DNA of 62,152 nucleotides, filler included, from Basidiobolus ranarum (Eukaryota): NCBI GenBank assembly GCA_040143965.1. It is 23 parts of 23 records of this genome, joined end to end, with 100 filler letters (N's around TTAATTAATTAA, not from the genome) between each part and the next. Parts side by side here need not be neighbours in the genome. Positions count along the whole stretch, not along the records: positions 1 to 2,617 come from JASJQH010010016.1; positions 2,718 to 5,333 come from JASJQH010010017.1; positions 5,434 to 8,049 come from JASJQH010010018.1; positions 8,150 to 10,764 come from JASJQH010010019.1; 19 more parts are not named here. One strand, 5' to 3'. Shown piece by piece: positions 1 to 10,864 of this stretch (position 1 is its first letter; each line of letters starts with the position of its first letter). The notes under the pieces were generated by a model. It saw only the letters and a program-made list of their open reading frames with translations, ran no database searches and was not told where the DNA came from. The position numbers and the translations under genes were made by a program.

Positions 1-245
1 ATGATGCAAGGATGATCAGGTGAACTTCCATGGAAGGACTTGGTGGAAATACACTATGTGTGGGATGACATAATTGGTCAGGTTTCATGGAATATTCCAA
101 AGAACATGACTTCCATGTAAGATAAACTGGACAAACAAACACAAGATTGCCAAGAAGAGATGGCACAGCAGATACAATGTCATAATCTAATACTAGAGGA
201 GTTCTATTTGTAGTGGATCAGTATGCCAAGATCAGAATCATGACA
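1..245 (-). mobile_element. Partial Ty3/Gypsy LTR (family B)
   Basis: Minus-strand start TGTCATGATTCTGATC at 245. Matches the LTR at 22754-23312, which follows a polypurine tract and a chromodomain integrase. Confidence 0.8.
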
Positions 246-985
246 ATATGTATGGTGCGGGAATGATTGAATGGCCATATGAGAATGGACAGAGGGAGCA
301 GCATGTTGCTGTAGCTCAAGTACAACTTTCTGAAGGTCTTGTAACATTGTAGAGTGACTCTCTAACTGTTGAGTAGAAGCATCCAAACACTGCATTAATG
401 GCAATATTGCAGCATTATTGCTTGTCATGACTTGTATAGCAACTTCATAGATTTGACCAATAATACCATACAAATCATCACAGTGTCCTGCCTGCAATTC
501 TCTTGTTGCAATAGTTCTATCCAAATCTTATAAGCAGGGTTGTTCATGATCAAAGTGTTTAGGTGATTTGGAAGTGTTTTGGACAAAATTTAGATATGTG
601 AATCAGAAACTTAAATTTTATTGAATTGAGTATGATATATTAGCTTAAGCTTAGAATCATCACAATTCATCTGAATTGAGAATAATTTTCACCCCAGATA
701 TAGCCTATTAGCCAGACTTTTAGTCTCACATAGTCCCTCAAGTGTTTCCCAAGCATTTTGGAAGTTTTTGGCTGAATATATTTGCCACAATTGAGAGTCT
801 CTGAGAAGTAGGCAAAGTGTAGAGAGTGCTTTCCCCTGCTGCTTGTGAAAGGTAAGGATAGCTTCCGGTGGTCCCTGCGGCTCTATTTCTTCTCCTGTAA
901 CAAGTCCCCAAAGGTCCTTGTGTTAAAGCACCATTTGCATCTTGAACTTCCAAAGGCAAAAGTCTTGACCTTCAAAGTTCTCTGG
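246..985 (-). pseudogene. Remnant of CACTA/CMC element accessory ORF2
   Basis: ORF 204-524 (AIQVMTSNNAA...QQLESHSTMLQDLQ...PHHTY) closely matches 16934-17545; 690-980 resembles 22300-22740. Confidence 0.7.
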
Positions 986-989
986 GACA

Positions 990-2480
990 AACCAGTAAGT
1001 CCAGATAACTTTGAGGACTTGCTACTAGATGTTGATCTTGGTTATTCCAGTACTGATTGTAGTATATCAGAACTTGAGGAAGAAAACATCAATTTTGCTG
1101 AAGACTCATTATTATCAGCAAGCATTACCCTTTGGATAACACTTACAGTAAAGGAAGCAGCCTTGAATTATGACAAGTGGAGAGTTATATCTAATCTTAG
1201 CAACCAGGTGTTTATTGGTTTTCTGACACTTTTACCATAGTTGACTGGCAACTGTTGCCTGTGAATATACTTGATGGATATCACTACCAGAATTTGAAAA
1301 GTGAAGGTTTCTTTGAGAACATTTATGATTGTGCATTTGCATTGGCTCAGGATTGTTTCTCACTAAACCAATACACCATTGGACAGACTTGCTGGCTAAT
1401 AATTTTAATAAACATCAATCTTCCTCCTTCTGAATGGTATAAGAGTGATAATATCTTGATAATATCCATCATATCTGGACCTTAATCACCAGAGCTTACA
1501 TATAGCTTCTTGGAGCCTTTAATTGTGGTATTTGAACAGTTATCTATTGGGGTTCAGATGAGTGAAAGTTTTATTCGAGCTAATATCATTGTATGTGTTG
1601 ATGATGCTCCTACCATCAGCAAACTTGGAGGTTATTGTGGGCACAACACACTATGTTGTGGTAGATTTGCCAAATTTATAGAGTTTACTCTATCAGGCAT
1701 ATGTATTATAGCTATCCAAACACAAAACTAAACTCCATGATGTTACCATCAAGAGCCCAGTGAGTTTCTATATTATCATTGATATCAATTCACTAAATAG
1801 TCAGTCTAAAATCAAACCTAGTATGAGCCATAAGCCTAAGAATAAATTGCTAAAGGGGATTGGCTGAACCCAGAGTTTTCCATTAGACACTATGCACTTA
1901 CTATTAAGCAACATTTCAATTCTACTTACTCAGCTATAAAGTGGAAGATACAATATGAATGAGCCATTTGAGATAGGTTAAAATTTTGTATTGATTGGGA
2001 AAATGCTTGTAAATGTCAAGATACCATCGTATTCTACCAGGACTCCCATCAATATCCATTTATCTAGATGTTTATTCAGATGCAAAGACTGGATGTATTA
2101 CATTTGTATATATTCAAGTGGAATTTTGAAAATATTTCTGCCTGATAAGTATTGGCAACATTGGGAGTTGTTTGTGGATTTTGATTATATATTCTTACTA
2201 TGTCAACTCACATTGGTAGATCTCAGACAGATACAGCAACTGTGTCAAAATTTTGTAATTGGATATGAAAAACTTTATTTCAGGTTTAAAGAAGATAGAC
2301 TGAATCTATGCCAGTATTCTATACATTCCTTGCAGCAACTATAGACTGAATCTATGCCAGTGTTCAATACAGTCCCTGCTGAATCTTTCACAATGCTTAG
2401 AGATTATAGGCCCTTGCTATATATTCTGGGAGTTCCCAATGGAGTGCACCTGTGGTGAAATGATGCTCCATGTGAAATTT
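990..2480 (+). pseudogene. Decayed CACTA/CMC (Transposase_21/tnp2-like) transposase
   Basis: Motifs CWLIILININLPP..WYK.DNILIISIISGP, SFLEPLI, DAPTISKLGGYCGH, FPLDTMHLL, FVIGYEKLY and FPMECTCG, broken by stops and frameshifts. Confidence 0.85.
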
Positions 2481-2617
2481 ATTGAAATTAGGTAAGTAGC
2501 AACTCTTTATTTAGTAGTTAGTTTATTCATATTCTGATTATTTAGCACTCAATTCTGTTATTCAAAAATGTGTGTTTATTGCTCTAATTGATAGAAATAT
2601 CAATTAGATCACTTTTA

Positions 2618-2717
2618 NNNNNNNNNNNNNNNNNNNNNNNNNNNNNNNNNNNNNNNNNNNNTTAATTAATTAANNNNNNNNNNNNNNNNNNNNNNNNNNN
2701 NNNNNNNNNNNNNNNNN
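2618..2717. other. Artificial contig spacer (first of 22): N-run + TTAATTAATTAA + N-run, 100 bp
   Basis: The same spacer starts at 2618, 5334, 8050, 10765, 13479, 16193, 18906, 21618, 24329, 27037, 29744, 32450, 35155, 37859, 40562, 43264, 45964, 48663, 51362, 54060, 56758 and 59456. The linker has stops in all six frames, and contig lengths never increase (2617 down to 2597). Confidence 0.99.
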
Positions 2718-4534
2718 AATCACCCGTTGCCACAACAAAACACCTATCCAGGGGGGTCTTATTACCCACCACCTCAACAACAACCCTCGTATGGTGGTTA
2801 TCCACCACCATCACCTCAACAGCAACCCTCATATAGTGGTTATCCACCACCACCACCACCTCAACAGCAGCCCTCATATAGTGGTTATCCACCACCACCG
2901 CCTCAACAACAACCCTCGTATAATAGTTATCCACCACCCCCTCCGCAGCAACCTTCTTATAGTGGTTATCCACCACCACCACCTCACCAGCAACCCTCGT
3001 ACGGTGGTTATCCCCCACCGCAACAAGTTAATTCATACCCACCACCAAATTCGCAACATAATGGTTACCCACCAGCCCCTAATGGCCCTCCAAGCATATC
3101 AGTTTCCTTTGAAGAACCACCACCACCACCATATACACCACCCGTTGGAGGTAGCTTTCAAGCACCACCTTCTCAACAACCTATAGTAAATTCGGCTTAT
3201 TTACCACCACCTTCCAACCCCTATGGCGGGTCGTTGCAGCAAAACCCCAACACTCCATATGGTCCACCGCCACCACAAGGCTCTAATAATCCCTATGGTC
3301 AACCACCTTCAAGGAGCTTCTATAGTGCATCAGTACCGCCTAGTGCCGCTCCTGGAGGGTACCAAAACGGAGTGCGTCCGTACCAGAATTTCAATCCAAT
3401 GGTATCACAATGCTCAGGACGTAGAAAAGCTCTGTTAATTGGAATCAATTACTTTGGTACAAGTTCCGAGCTCCGAGGTAACCAGTTAAAATGTACTTTA
3501 AATATGCAGTTTCAAAATGGTTAATTATTCGCATTAGGTTGTATTAACGATGTAAATAACATCAAGAAATTTCTAATAGAACACTATGGGTTTAGACCAG
3601 TAGACATGGTGATTTTAACGGATGATCAAAGAGACCCTAAGTTCCAGCCAACCCGTGCCAATATTACCAGCGGAATGTACTGGCTTGTAAATGGAGCGCA
3701 GCCCAATGATGCTTATTTTTTACACTTCTCTGGACATGGTGGACAGGTAAGCTGGGAAAAGGTTACTTGATTATGTGACGACTCTTCATTGTTAACGCTT
3801 TAATAGACTGAGGATCTTGATGGCGACGAGTTGGATGGTACTGATGAAACGATTTTACCGGTAGATTACAAGCGAGCAGGACAGATAGTGGATGACGTAT
3901 GTAAAAAGATTCATAGCGCGAAATCATTTGGTTTAGTGTGACTTATTTGATATATTGTTCTTAAAGGAAATCAATGCGGTCCTTGTTCGGCGACTTCCTC
4001 CTGGAGTGCGTTTAACTGCGGTATTTGACTCTTGTCATTCCGGTACTGTCATGGATTTACCGTATGTATATAGCAGTCATGGGAAACTTAAGGAAATGAA
4101 CCCCATGGCACTAGCGGGTCAGTCACTTCAGCGAGCTATGCTAGACCCTATCTCTGCAGTCTCCATGTTAGGAAATATACTCAATGGAAAAAGCAAAGAG
4201 AAGCAAAATCAAATGGCAAAGTCCTCGGTGGCGGATGTAATCATGTTTAGCGGGTTAGTGGCACAATGGTTGACTATTATTCTTCTAATTCTGACAACTT
4301 CGTTATTCAAGGTGTAAGGATTATCAGTTTTCAGCTGATACATCCCAAGCAGGATTTGGAAATACCGGAGCCATGTCTTATGCTTTCATTACAGCATTGA
4401 GTCGCTCCAAGAACTTGACATACTTGCAATTGTTACAGATGCTGCGTCAAATTATGATAGACAAGGGATATAAGCAGCAACCATCCATGTCCTCTGGTCG
4501 CCCTATTGATGTCAATGCCATGTTTGTAATGTAG
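2718..4534 (+). CDS. MCA1: Type I metacaspase, 5'-truncated; exons <2718-3477, 3538-3746, 3807-3896, 3967-4253, 4312-4534
   Basis: [19 protein letters not shown], catalytic HFSGHG and [38 protein letters not shown]. Four GT-AG introns (60, 60, 70, 58 nt) give a continuous frame to TAG at 4532-4534. Confidence 0.97.
2765..3030 (+). repeat. Coding tandem repeat of about 6 units (QQPSYxGYPPPP, ~39-45 nt) in the metacaspase prodomain
   Basis: Recurrent caaccctc(g/a)tat(a/g)gtggttatccaccacca units with variable Pro-run length. Confidence 0.9.
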
Positions 4535-5433
4535 ATATTTGGGTAACGAGCGACTGCCTTTGTGTCATCTCATTGAATTCCTGGACAGCTGTGTGTTGTA
4601 CCCTGAAGCTTGTTCCTGGAACTACTCCAAGACTAGGACCAGGATTCGTCGATTGTAACCTATCTGCCTTTTATTACTTTGTCGCATATGAGCGCAATAA
4701 ACGATATTCCTGATTCTTACCTGAACCAGATCAATATATTTGAGATGCTGGCTCAGGTTCTTGAATGAAAAAGTGAGACCAAAATGGTCGTCACATCTAT
4801 GGTTGGCATGTAGGGAGCTGTGCATTGATTCACAAAAGGATATATTTGGTGTGTTGAATATTCACACGGTCATTGATTGTGTGAATGGAGTGCGTTATTA
4901 CCTAAAGATAATCATATTTGTTTGGGATCTATTCCCAGTCACTTGGCTGTTCTAATTTAGTGGTCTAGTGATGTCAAATGGGAACCAAGATTAATACATA
5001 ATTCAGTGGGCCTCATGGATATCTTCCTTGAAGTTAAAAAGTAATTTGTGTCGTTCATCATTGCTTATTTTATCTTTGCATTTCCTGCTGAAATAATCAT
5101 ATATTGCATACCACTGTAAATCTCCTTTTTCTCTCTTTCACATATGTCTATCCGTATAGTACAACGTGGCTTTAATCTGAACGGCCTGCCTTGCCAGTGA
5201 GTTATCACCTATGGTCTGTTTGTGTTGATTGCTTATTTAATTCAAGTTTTATCAGCTGCGTACCTCCCCGTGGGAGTTGTTCATTTTCTAGCCCCAGTTT
5301 TTCGTTTCAGCGCCCCCGTTAAATTATCCTCATNNNNNNNNNNNNNNNNNNNNNNNNNNNNNNNNNNNNNNNNNNNNTTAATTAATTAANNNNNNNNNNN
5401 NNNNNNNNNNNNNNNNNNNNNNNNNNNNNNNNN

Positions 5434-5760
5434 TCTCATTATGGCTGGAATATAAAGCCTAAAATATCTAAATAAAGGCATGCATATTAATTCAAATTCC
5501 TACAGCAGTAAACCCAGTAATTTGCCATTTGAAAATTATATTTTAGCAAAAATTGCCGGAAATTGAATAATGCATGCCAATTCAAGGATCAAGATTTTAA
5601 CATTTATGAATACCGTCAAAATACTGTCAAGAAACCGCCATCACACCATCAAAATCCCTGGCAGAATGCAAGCTACCAATATTGTGACGGTTCTCTGATG
5701 GTTTTGCTCTTTTGGAGGGTGGATCTGATCCGGATCAAATAGATTTTATTTTTGTTAGGG
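5434..5760 (-). mobile_element. CACTA/CMC element end 'L' (CCCTAACAAAAATAAAAT...)
   Basis: Sharp end ...TTTTATTTTTGTTAGGG at 5760, shared with 16729, 40199, 41672 and 59103; subterminal GATC-rich motif. Confidence 0.8.
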
Positions 5761-7300
5761 TGACTATTTCACAGGGAGCATCATTTCACCACAGGTGTGC
5801 TCCATTGGAAACTCCTAGAATGTATAGCCAGGGCCTGTAATCTCCAAGTGTTGTGAAAGATGCAGTGAGGAATGTATTGATTCTGGCATAGATTCAGTCT
5901 ATCTTCTTTAAACCTGTAATAAAGTTTTTCATATCCAATTAATAAATCTTTGCACAGTGCTGTATCTGCCTAAAATCTACCATTGTGAGTTGATGCCATA
6001 AGATATATTAACAATATTCAAAAATAAATCCCAATGTTGCCAATACTCATCAGGCACAAATCTTTTCAGAATTTTGATTTGTATATATTCAAATCTAATA
6101 CTTGCAGTCCTTGCATTTCAATGAATGCCTAGTTGAGTGAATATTGATGAGAGTACTGGTAAACTGTTAAGGTATCTTGATATTTTCAAGTATTTTCCAA
6201 ACCAATTCAAGCTTTGATCTTAACTCAAATAGGTCAATCATATTGAATTTTCCACTATTCAGCTGAGTTAGTTGTGTTAGAGTGTTGTTGAATAGTAAGT
6301 ACACAGTGCCTAAGGAGAAGCTCTGGCCCCAGCTGATCCCTTTTAGCAATATAATCTTAAGCTTATGGCTAAAATCAAAGAGAAGTATAAAAGTTAAAAT
6401 TATTGACCAGCCAGCCTTTCCAATGATATATTTGTTGTGTGCAAAACCATACAGAGCTAATGAAAATGCATGATCATACATGTTCTCAAAGAAACCTTGA
6501 CTTTTCAGATTCTGGTAGTGATATCCATCAAGTATATTGGTAATACCATCATCTCTTTGGTGAGTACTTTGTTATTGGATCAATGATCTATATTTGGGTG
6601 ATTTCATCAAAACTTTAAGATGGGGAATCATCAGTATGTAAGCTAAATGTGAAGAATATTTACCTGAATGATCTGCATTTAGGTGATCTCATCAAACCTT
6701 GAGATGGGGAATTAATGGTATGTTAGCCAAATATGAGCAATATTTACCTGATTTGGTGATTTCCAATTGTGTGCACACAGCACATGACTTCAGGTCTTTC
6801 AGATCACCAGTAAAAGCTAAACATACATTTGGACATGAAGGTAGTTTAAGTACTGAAGGATTATAAGTCATACAATTGATAAGTGTTTGCCACTTGTAAC
6901 AGGTCTGTGGTGAGCAACAGTTGCCTATCAACTGTGGTAAAAGTGTATGAAAACCAATAAACCCCTGGTAGCTAGGATTGGATTGAACTCTCCACTCTGC
7001 AATAATCAGAGCTGCTTCCTTTACTGTAAATGTCATGAGTGGACTAATGCTGGCCAATAACAAAAAGTCTGTAACAAGACCATTGTCTTCTTCTAAAAGT
7101 TGTGATATACCACCATTGGCACTGGAATAACCAAGGTCTACATCTAGCAGGAAGTCCTCAAAGCTGTCTGGACTTACTGGCTTGATCAAAGATGCATTTC
7201 TACCTACATCATTCTGGTCATATAACAGTGGTAACCCCACAGTATTTTGACTTTTGGCACTGCTACCAAAACTTTGAGGCTAATAGAGTCAGTGGACTCA
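5761..7300 (-). pseudogene. Decayed CACTA/CMC transposase
   Basis: Homologous to 990-2480. Carries the N-terminal CPNVCLAFTGDLKDLKSCAVC motif typical of tnp2 transposases, plus IPLIPHLKV and GTVYLLFNN. Confidence 0.85.
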
Positions 7301-7689
7301 ACATGCAAAACTAAATTCAATTATGTGACCTTATTACTGTTAATATTCACCAGGCTTTGTGCAGCTGGTGGTTTTGTATGGTTACCATGCTTGTGATTAT
7401 TCTTTTGGTGATGCCTCCAGCTTTTGTGGCATAGAAACTTGTGACAATAATAGCATGACTTTGTTAAATGTTGGTGTTGTGGCATGAGCAGGATAATGTA
7501 GAAAAAAGAACATCCCCTATGTAAGGGTGTTGCTTTAGGCCTAGCAAATCAAAATAATCAGCTGATTCTGAAACAGTGTCACTGATGAGTCATCAGGGGT
7601 TTTACAAGATATTTCCAGTAATTGATGCAATTTTGGCTTATTTTAAGATGTCTAAGAAATTTCATTGCACTTAGTTTGCTATCTGATAA

Positions 7690-8049
7690 TATCCACACCA
7701 TTCAAAAAGCATTCAAAATCTAAATTAAAACCAGCTTCCAAGTCAAAGCCTGCTGGCACAAAGGAAAAAGACCAGTAAGAACAGAGGACTCAACTGATGA
7801 GCAGTCTTGTGATCCACTATCCAATTTGGAAGGCATTAACATGCCAGAGACTAACTCAGGTAATGATAAAGCATTAATCAATTTACAAGATGTGTTCCTT
7901 TCCAGTGATAGTGCAAGTGAAGATATTGTCAACACCCAAATATGCAGTAAATCACTAGTTAAGCAAAGTTCAATCAAACATAGTCAGGCCCATCAACTTG
8001 CAATATGGCCAGTTTGCCCCCTTTTGGGCAAGCCTCTGTAGAAAGCTTG
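7690..8049 (+). pseudogene. 5' part of CACTA/CMC ORF2, divergent from the transposase
   Basis: GTKEKRPV...EGINMPETNSGNDKALINL matches 16934 onward, 21470 onward and 55993-56310. Confidence 0.7.
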
Positions 8050-8149
8050 NNNNNNNNNNNNNNNNNNNNNNNNNNNNNNNNNNNNNNNNNNNNTTAATTA
8101 ATTAANNNNNNNNNNNNNNNNNNNNNNNNNNNNNNNNNNNNNNNNNNNN

Positions 8150-8507
8150 TGGTGGTGATGAGGTTGTCCAAGCTAAGGATGGTGCGGGCTCAGCCACTTT
8201 GAGTATGGCATTTGCCGGTGCTCGCTTTGCAATCAACATTCTCGAAGCTACCGTTGGTGGTAAGACTGGTATTGTTGAGCCTACCTATGTTGATCTTTCA
8301 GCCCCCGTTGAAGGTGCCAAGACTGTCAAAGAGGAAACTCAAGATTGCGAATACTTTGCCACTAATGTTGAACTTGGCAAAGAGGGAATTGCCAAGATCC
8401 ACGCTATTGGTGAGCTTTCTGAATTTGAGCAAAAGCTTCTTGCTGAGGCCATTCCCCAGATCAAAGCCAATGTGCAAAGTGGTATCCAATTCATTAGCAA
8501 AGCTTAA
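8150..8507 (+). CDS. MDH: NAD-dependent malate dehydrogenase, C-terminal part
   Basis: GGDEVVQAKDGAGSATLSMAFAGARF...EYFATNVELGKEG; codon usage typical of a highly expressed gene; stop TAA at 8505-8507. Confidence 0.95.
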
Positions 8508-8776
8508 GTGTTAGTAATCTAAGGATTCTCCAGACTCTAGTATATGTTTCAACAAATACGTCCACCGCATTTACATCATTCCATATCATCAGCAAATAAA
8601 TTTTGATCACTTATATAGCCAAATTGTTGTGAAGATTCTCTATTGGGACTTCTAGAAGCCAAATAATGAGCTAGTATGGAATTTCTTTGTGAAGCACCAC
8701 CTCTGAACGTTTATTTTATACTCATAGTCATGAAGGGAGTTGGAATTATAAAGTAAATAGTTCTATTGATTTCTTT

Positions 8777-8980
8777 TCAGGAAAAGAGATTACCCACGAG
8801 TGGTATGTATTTCAAGAACCCAAATACATCTGGCAATTTGAGGCCAATTCCAAATCCGGCATCAACATTCAACCCACTATCCTTTGAATCATCGTCTCGT
8901 GTCTCCGTGAGCATTAGCGGCGAGCTGTAGACAACGGCAATAAACAAGAAGATAAGTAATGATATTTGGAGATGTGACAT
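8777..8980 (-). CDS. Small secreted peptide precursor (67 aa)
   Basis: ATG start, signal peptide (LLIFLFIAVVYS/SP), acidic spacer, hydrophobic C-terminus; TATATATA about 50 nt upstream (9028-9036); CpG retained as in host genes. Confidence 0.7.
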   Translation of the reverse strand: MSHLQISLLIFLFIAVVYSSPLMLTETRDDDSKDSGLNVDAGFGIGLKLPDVFGFLKYIPLVGNLFS

Positions 8981-9169
8981 AGTAAATAAAGCGTGTGGTG
9001 CTTACTTGATATCTCAGCCTTGGGTGCATATATATAGGCCTCGTAGCAGCTTCGATGTTACAAATGATTCTGAAACCAGTCGCATTGTATTATTTACAAT
9101 TCTGAATCGATGGCCAACTTATCAAACTAGAAAATTTTTACAGCTATTGAAACCCATTGGTTTGAGCAG

Positions 9170-10720
9170 TTAAAGTGTCAGATCATCTGAACCATAACGT
9201 AATCGATTAGTATTCTCAGGGAAAGTTAAACTTATTGAGGCATAACATCCATTTTGTCCCCATTAATTTACCAAGTGTACGGATTGCATCTGCCGGTAGT
9301 GTAGTTTCCATCCCCCAGTAAGCATTAGAAATCCATGAAACAGAGTAGTGTTTATACTGGCAGATATTGACTGAATGCATGTGAATCTTCTTGACACTCC
9401 GAAAGTATTCTAGTGAGCCTGGATATTTATTTTTGTAACCAAGTTCCAAATGTCCGATGCCCAATTTCCCTTTTTGATTCAAGCTAGATATCATTTCCCG
9501 GATATTTCTGACAACCAAATTGACAAGCGTACAGATCAACTGTTTTAGAAGTACCGCATCCAAAAAACAAAGAAGCCTTGGTGTAACTAATCTTAAATCC
9601 ATTTCTATTCAAATCCAAAATCTGCGATATGCAGAACCGACATCTACAACTTGCATGAGGATAACATATGGAACATTCTCTTACAGAACACATTGTGGGC
9701 CCCTTTGTGATTCTAATTTACTTACACTACTAGTATCTGATGGACGCTAGCAATGTCCTATAGTTACCCTAATCAGCCCATACAGCATGAGCCATATATT
9801 ATTAGGAAAACCGCGTATATTTGTGTCAAATATAACCAATTCACTAGGTGCAATACATGTGCCTGGTTGCTGTAGGTTAGTAACTCTCGAAGAATAGTGG
9901 TTACCGTCAATATCTTACAGGGTCCCCAGCAGTAAGAAAATGAGACTGTAGCTATCTGGGAGAGAGTAGGAGTGTGTTTGGACAATCCAAGCATAAGGAA
10001 CAAATGATCTAATTTATTTAGGTAATCGATCGGCTCCACCTGGAAACTTTTCTCCAGTGGAATTAATGCGATAGTCGTAACGAATTGATTATGGGTGTCA
10101 TTGTTTGAGTGGATGCACGCACACTTTCTAGTGATGTGAGCCTAGCACACATATTTAGATCTTGCGATTGGTGTTATGTGTGCTCCACCCTTCCCCCAGC
10201 TCATTACATCACTCAGATATGAAATGTGTTGAGTTGCTTCAATCCCTCGTATTCTGGATATTTCCCGAGCATCAAACTCCCATAGTTTTAGAAAGTGCCA
10301 ATCTTGATCATATTTCTACCTCTTCCGAGACCTGCTTGGAATTTCATTTCTCTAGTTTCAACGATTACCATCTCTCTCCGATATTTAACTGTAACAATAG
10401 TAATGGTTGCGAGCAACTACGGTTTTCATCCACGACTGATGATTGGGCAGGTCTAACTAAGTCCAGCTGAGAAATTGGGTCATCTTATAAGTTCCAAACT
10501 ATATTCCAGATTATTGGATCCCTCGTTGAGTAAAGAAACCAAGGCTCCAATGAGACTACAGTATTTTGGCTCTTTAGTCATTTGAGTTTCAGCAAGCGAG
10601 GCTCATCAAAAGGATGAGAAATCAATGGAGCAGCACGGACAACAATAGTCTTAGTTGAGGCTATCGTCGAAATACCATTGGATAGTACCGAATTCATTGA
10701 TTAGCTGAGAAATCAATCAA
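9170..10720 (-). pseudogene. Possible decayed host-type gene (Leu-rich, family unassigned)
   Basis: Non-repetitive, CpG-retaining DNA with several broken Leu-rich minus-strand frames; no recognisable motif. Confidence 0.25.
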
Positions 10721-10864
10721 CGCAGTGTTCCAATTTATCACTTTGGCCTTAATCATGATATGTCNNNNNNNNNNNNNNNNNNNNNNNNNNNNNNNNNNNN
10801 NNNNNNNNTTAATTAATTAANNNNNNNNNNNNNNNNNNNNNNNNNNNNNNNNNNNNNNNNNNNN

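Noticed and set aside
2295..2386. 46-bp tandem duplication (ATAGACTGAATCTATGCCAGT...)
   Set aside because: Local duplication inside a dead transposase; no sign of function.
2662..2673. Regularly spaced TTAATTAATTAA palindromes as a biological repeat or CRISPR-like array
   Set aside because: Always embedded in N-runs at contig joins; an assembly linker.
2662..3186. His-rich (VVIHHHH) and Val-rich alternative ORFs
   Set aside because: Shadow frames of the metacaspase Pro-rich repeat.
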